DNA of 63,489 nt, counting the filler, from Octopus bimaculoides (lineage: Eukaryota), in assembly GCF_001194135.2 (NCBI RefSeq). It is 7 parts of 7 records of this genome, joined end to end, with 100 filler letters (N's around TTAATTAATTAA, not from the genome) between each part and the next. Parts side by side here need not be neighbours in the genome. Positions count along the whole stretch, not along the records: positions 59,833 to 63,489 come from NC_069006.1; 6 more parts are not named here. The stretch is one strand, 5' to 3'. The translations under genes and the position numbers were made by a program. Under the pieces are notes generated by a model, which worked only from the letters and a program-made list of their open reading frames with translations, had not been told where the DNA came from and searched no databases. Numbering within the stretch: the stretch's first letter is position 1; each line of letters begins with the position of its first letter. Below are positions 61,518 through 63,489 of this stretch, piece by piece.

Positions 61518-62401
61518 GGTGGTATTAAGGCGGCGAGCTGGCAGAATCATTAACACGTCAGGTGAAATGCTTAACAGTATTTTTCCCTCGCTACGTTCTG
61601 AGTTCAAATTCTGCCGAGGTTGACTTTGCCTTTCATCCTTTCGGGGACGGTAAATTAAGTACTGACTCCTCTCCCCAGAAATTTCAAGGCCTTGTGCTTA
61701 TAGTAGAAAGGATTATTATTATTGTATTTGCACAGCTTCTAACGCTGGAGATGTACTGCGGTGTCAACTGTTCACTACCAGTGAACTAAGGTAACACCCC
61801 TTATTTTTCGAGAGCCTTTCGGAGTATTCAAGAGGTTCCAAGCAGTGCTGTTTTCTGCAAGTGCTCCACCCTTATTGCAACCCCTATTTGTTCCATGTAC
61901 TTCTCAAGATTTTTACTCACTGTTCCCAGGGCTCCGATAATTATTGGTACTACTACTACCGTTTTCGTTGACCACAACTGCTTAACCTCCCAAGCTAACC
62001 TGCCATATCTATCGACTTTTCTTTTTTCCTTATCGCATACCTTGTTGTCGGCTGGGCATGCTATATCTATGATCCAGCATAGTTTGCTGTTTTTCAATTA
62101 NNNNNNNNNNNNNNNNNNNNNNNNNNNNNNNNNNNNNNNNNNNNNNNNNNNNNNNNNNNNNNNNNNNNNNNNNNNNNNNNNNNNNNNNNNNNNNNNNNNN
62201 NNNNNNNNNNNNNNNNNNNNNNNNNNNNNNNNNNNNNNNNNNNNNNNNNNNNNNNNNNNNNNNNNNNNNNNNNNNNNNNNNNNNNNNNNNNNNNNNNNNN
62301 NNNNNNCTTATGGTTACTGTATTGAAAGTGTTTTGCTATTATTATTATTATCATTATTATTATTATTATTATTATTATTGCTGTTGTTGTTGTTGTTGTT
62401 G

Positions 62402-62444
<43 letters not shown>

Positions 62445-62453
62445 TATTATTAC

Positions 62454-62507
<54 letters not shown>

Positions 62508-62546
62508 TATTATTACTATTATTATTATTATTATTATTGCTATTAT
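61360..62546. repeat. Long (GTT)/(CTT)/(ATT) microsatellite arrays (61360-61525, 62340-62546); similar arrays at 5830-5950 and 48613-48668
   Basis: Direct reading. Confidence 0.95.
61722..62100 (-). mobile_element. R4/Dong-like LINE 3' end (RLE domain)
   Basis: CWIIDIACPAD....KEKRKVDRY..LAWEVKQLW....VVVPIIIGALG....HLQKTALLGTS; 3' end joined to (ATT)n. Confidence 0.85.
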
Positions 62547-63117
62547 TAAGGTGGCAAGCTGGCAAAATCGACACCATGCCGGACAAAATATTAAGCGGCT
62601 CTTTACGTTCTGAGGTTCAAATTCCGCCGAGGTCTACATTGCATTTCGTCCTTTCAGGGTCGGCAAAATAAGCAAACTATGTCAGGTCTCATGCCTGTAG
62701 AAAGAATTGTTGTTGTTGTTGTTGTTGTTGTTGCTGTTGTTGTTGTTGTTGTTGTTGTAAGTCAACCATAGCTAAGCGGTGAATTAAATTCCGGATTTTT
62801 TAGGAAACCGGTGATGATGTGTGGTGAGATGAAATGACATTAAGTAAATCAAATTAAAACAGAAGAGAAATTGTCTTCCGACATGGCTGTGTGGTTAAGA
62901 AGCTCGCTTTGCAACTACATGGTTTCGAGTTCAGTCCCAGTGCGCGGAAACTACAGAATTCTGGCAGAAAAAGTTATAGAACGAAGTACGACAAATTCAG
63001 TCATATTTTTCCTTAATGGAGGAGATTAGATTGCAATCACCGATTGCAAATACCTGTCGGTATTTGCAATATTTCCCTTTGCTTTAGGAGCCCTTCGCAT
63101 CGAAGATCGGTGATTGT

Positions 63118-63162
63118 CGTACGCTGACGAAGGGTAAATACCCAGAAACCCGGGTCCGTGCG
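63118..63162 (+). ncRNA. Minimal type-I hammerhead ribozyme motif (Penelope-terminal-repeat type)
   Basis: Helix I cgtacg/cgtgcg (6 bp, one G-U); core CUGACGA at 63124-63130; helix II GGGU-aaau-ACCC; GAAA at 63145-63148; helix III C-ccgg-G; GUC triplet at 63154-63156. Confidence 0.75.
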
Positions 63163-63319
63163 TATCACGTCAGATCGACGATGGGAAGGATGACTTCCCT
63201 TTGCAAATACTGATAGGGCACAGAAAGTGTGTCAATAGCCAGCTGGAGGAGATGTTCTCCTGGTGCTAAAAGCTGCAGTAAGGGTTTAGCCGCATTTAAG
63301 TGGCAAATATACTTCACGC

Positions 63320-63350
<31 letters not shown>

Positions 63351-63489
63351 GGATTCTCCCGTCGGTTTCGACGTATGAGGATCTGACAACCTACTCTTTC
63401 TTTGTCTGTTACGATTTGCCAAGAAGCCCACAGATGCTGCAAGTATGAGGATTACAGGTCGGTGCAGGTGGTTTATTTGCAGCCGCTTT

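Larger units (their letters stand above)
61240..62705. mobile_element. SINE family A copies (61240 - partial, 61525-61712 +, 62547-62705 +) embedded in triplet microsatellites
   Basis: attaaggcggcgagctggcag head; gagttcaaattc B-box. Confidence 0.8.

Noticed and set aside
58540-61623. Poly-His/Ser/Thr/Asp and HT-repeat ORFs (e.g. 58800, 60111, 60625)
   Set aside because: Translations of microsatellites, open in several frames and strands, with no splice context.

Overview
Eukaryotic (metazoan) draft-assembly DNA: AT-rich, microsatellite-dense, with many N gaps and six artificial N44-TTAATTAATTAA-N44 scaffold joins. The SINE families and repeat content are consistent with a coleoid cephalopod such as Octopus (inference). 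Two host genes are supportable. (1) The first four coding exons of an SLC6 Na+-dependent transporter of the B0AT/SLC6A15-20 nutrient amino-acid branch (+, 47502-53503; 3' half not visible). (2) A ~200-codon terminal exon (+, 33464-34064) that reads as a CARD-like domain followed by a Death-domain-like module. The rest is transposon debris: tRNA-derived SINEs, R4/Dong-like and RTE LINE fragments, Penelope-like elements (RT, GIY-YIG), Tc1/mariner, a Chapaev-like remnant, a hAT MITE, a Helitron and two LTR families. The most notable hidden signal is a set of sequence-distinct minimal type-I hammerhead-ribozyme motifs (63118, an inverted pair at 45614/46637, 14543, 48753, and a weaker one at 9591), each a short distance upstream of a microsatellite. 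They include long-helix-II and U3-A8 covariant forms. All calls are by eye, no searches were run, and coordinates of degenerate repeats are approximate. Most long ORFs in the supplied track are microsatellite or N artefacts.
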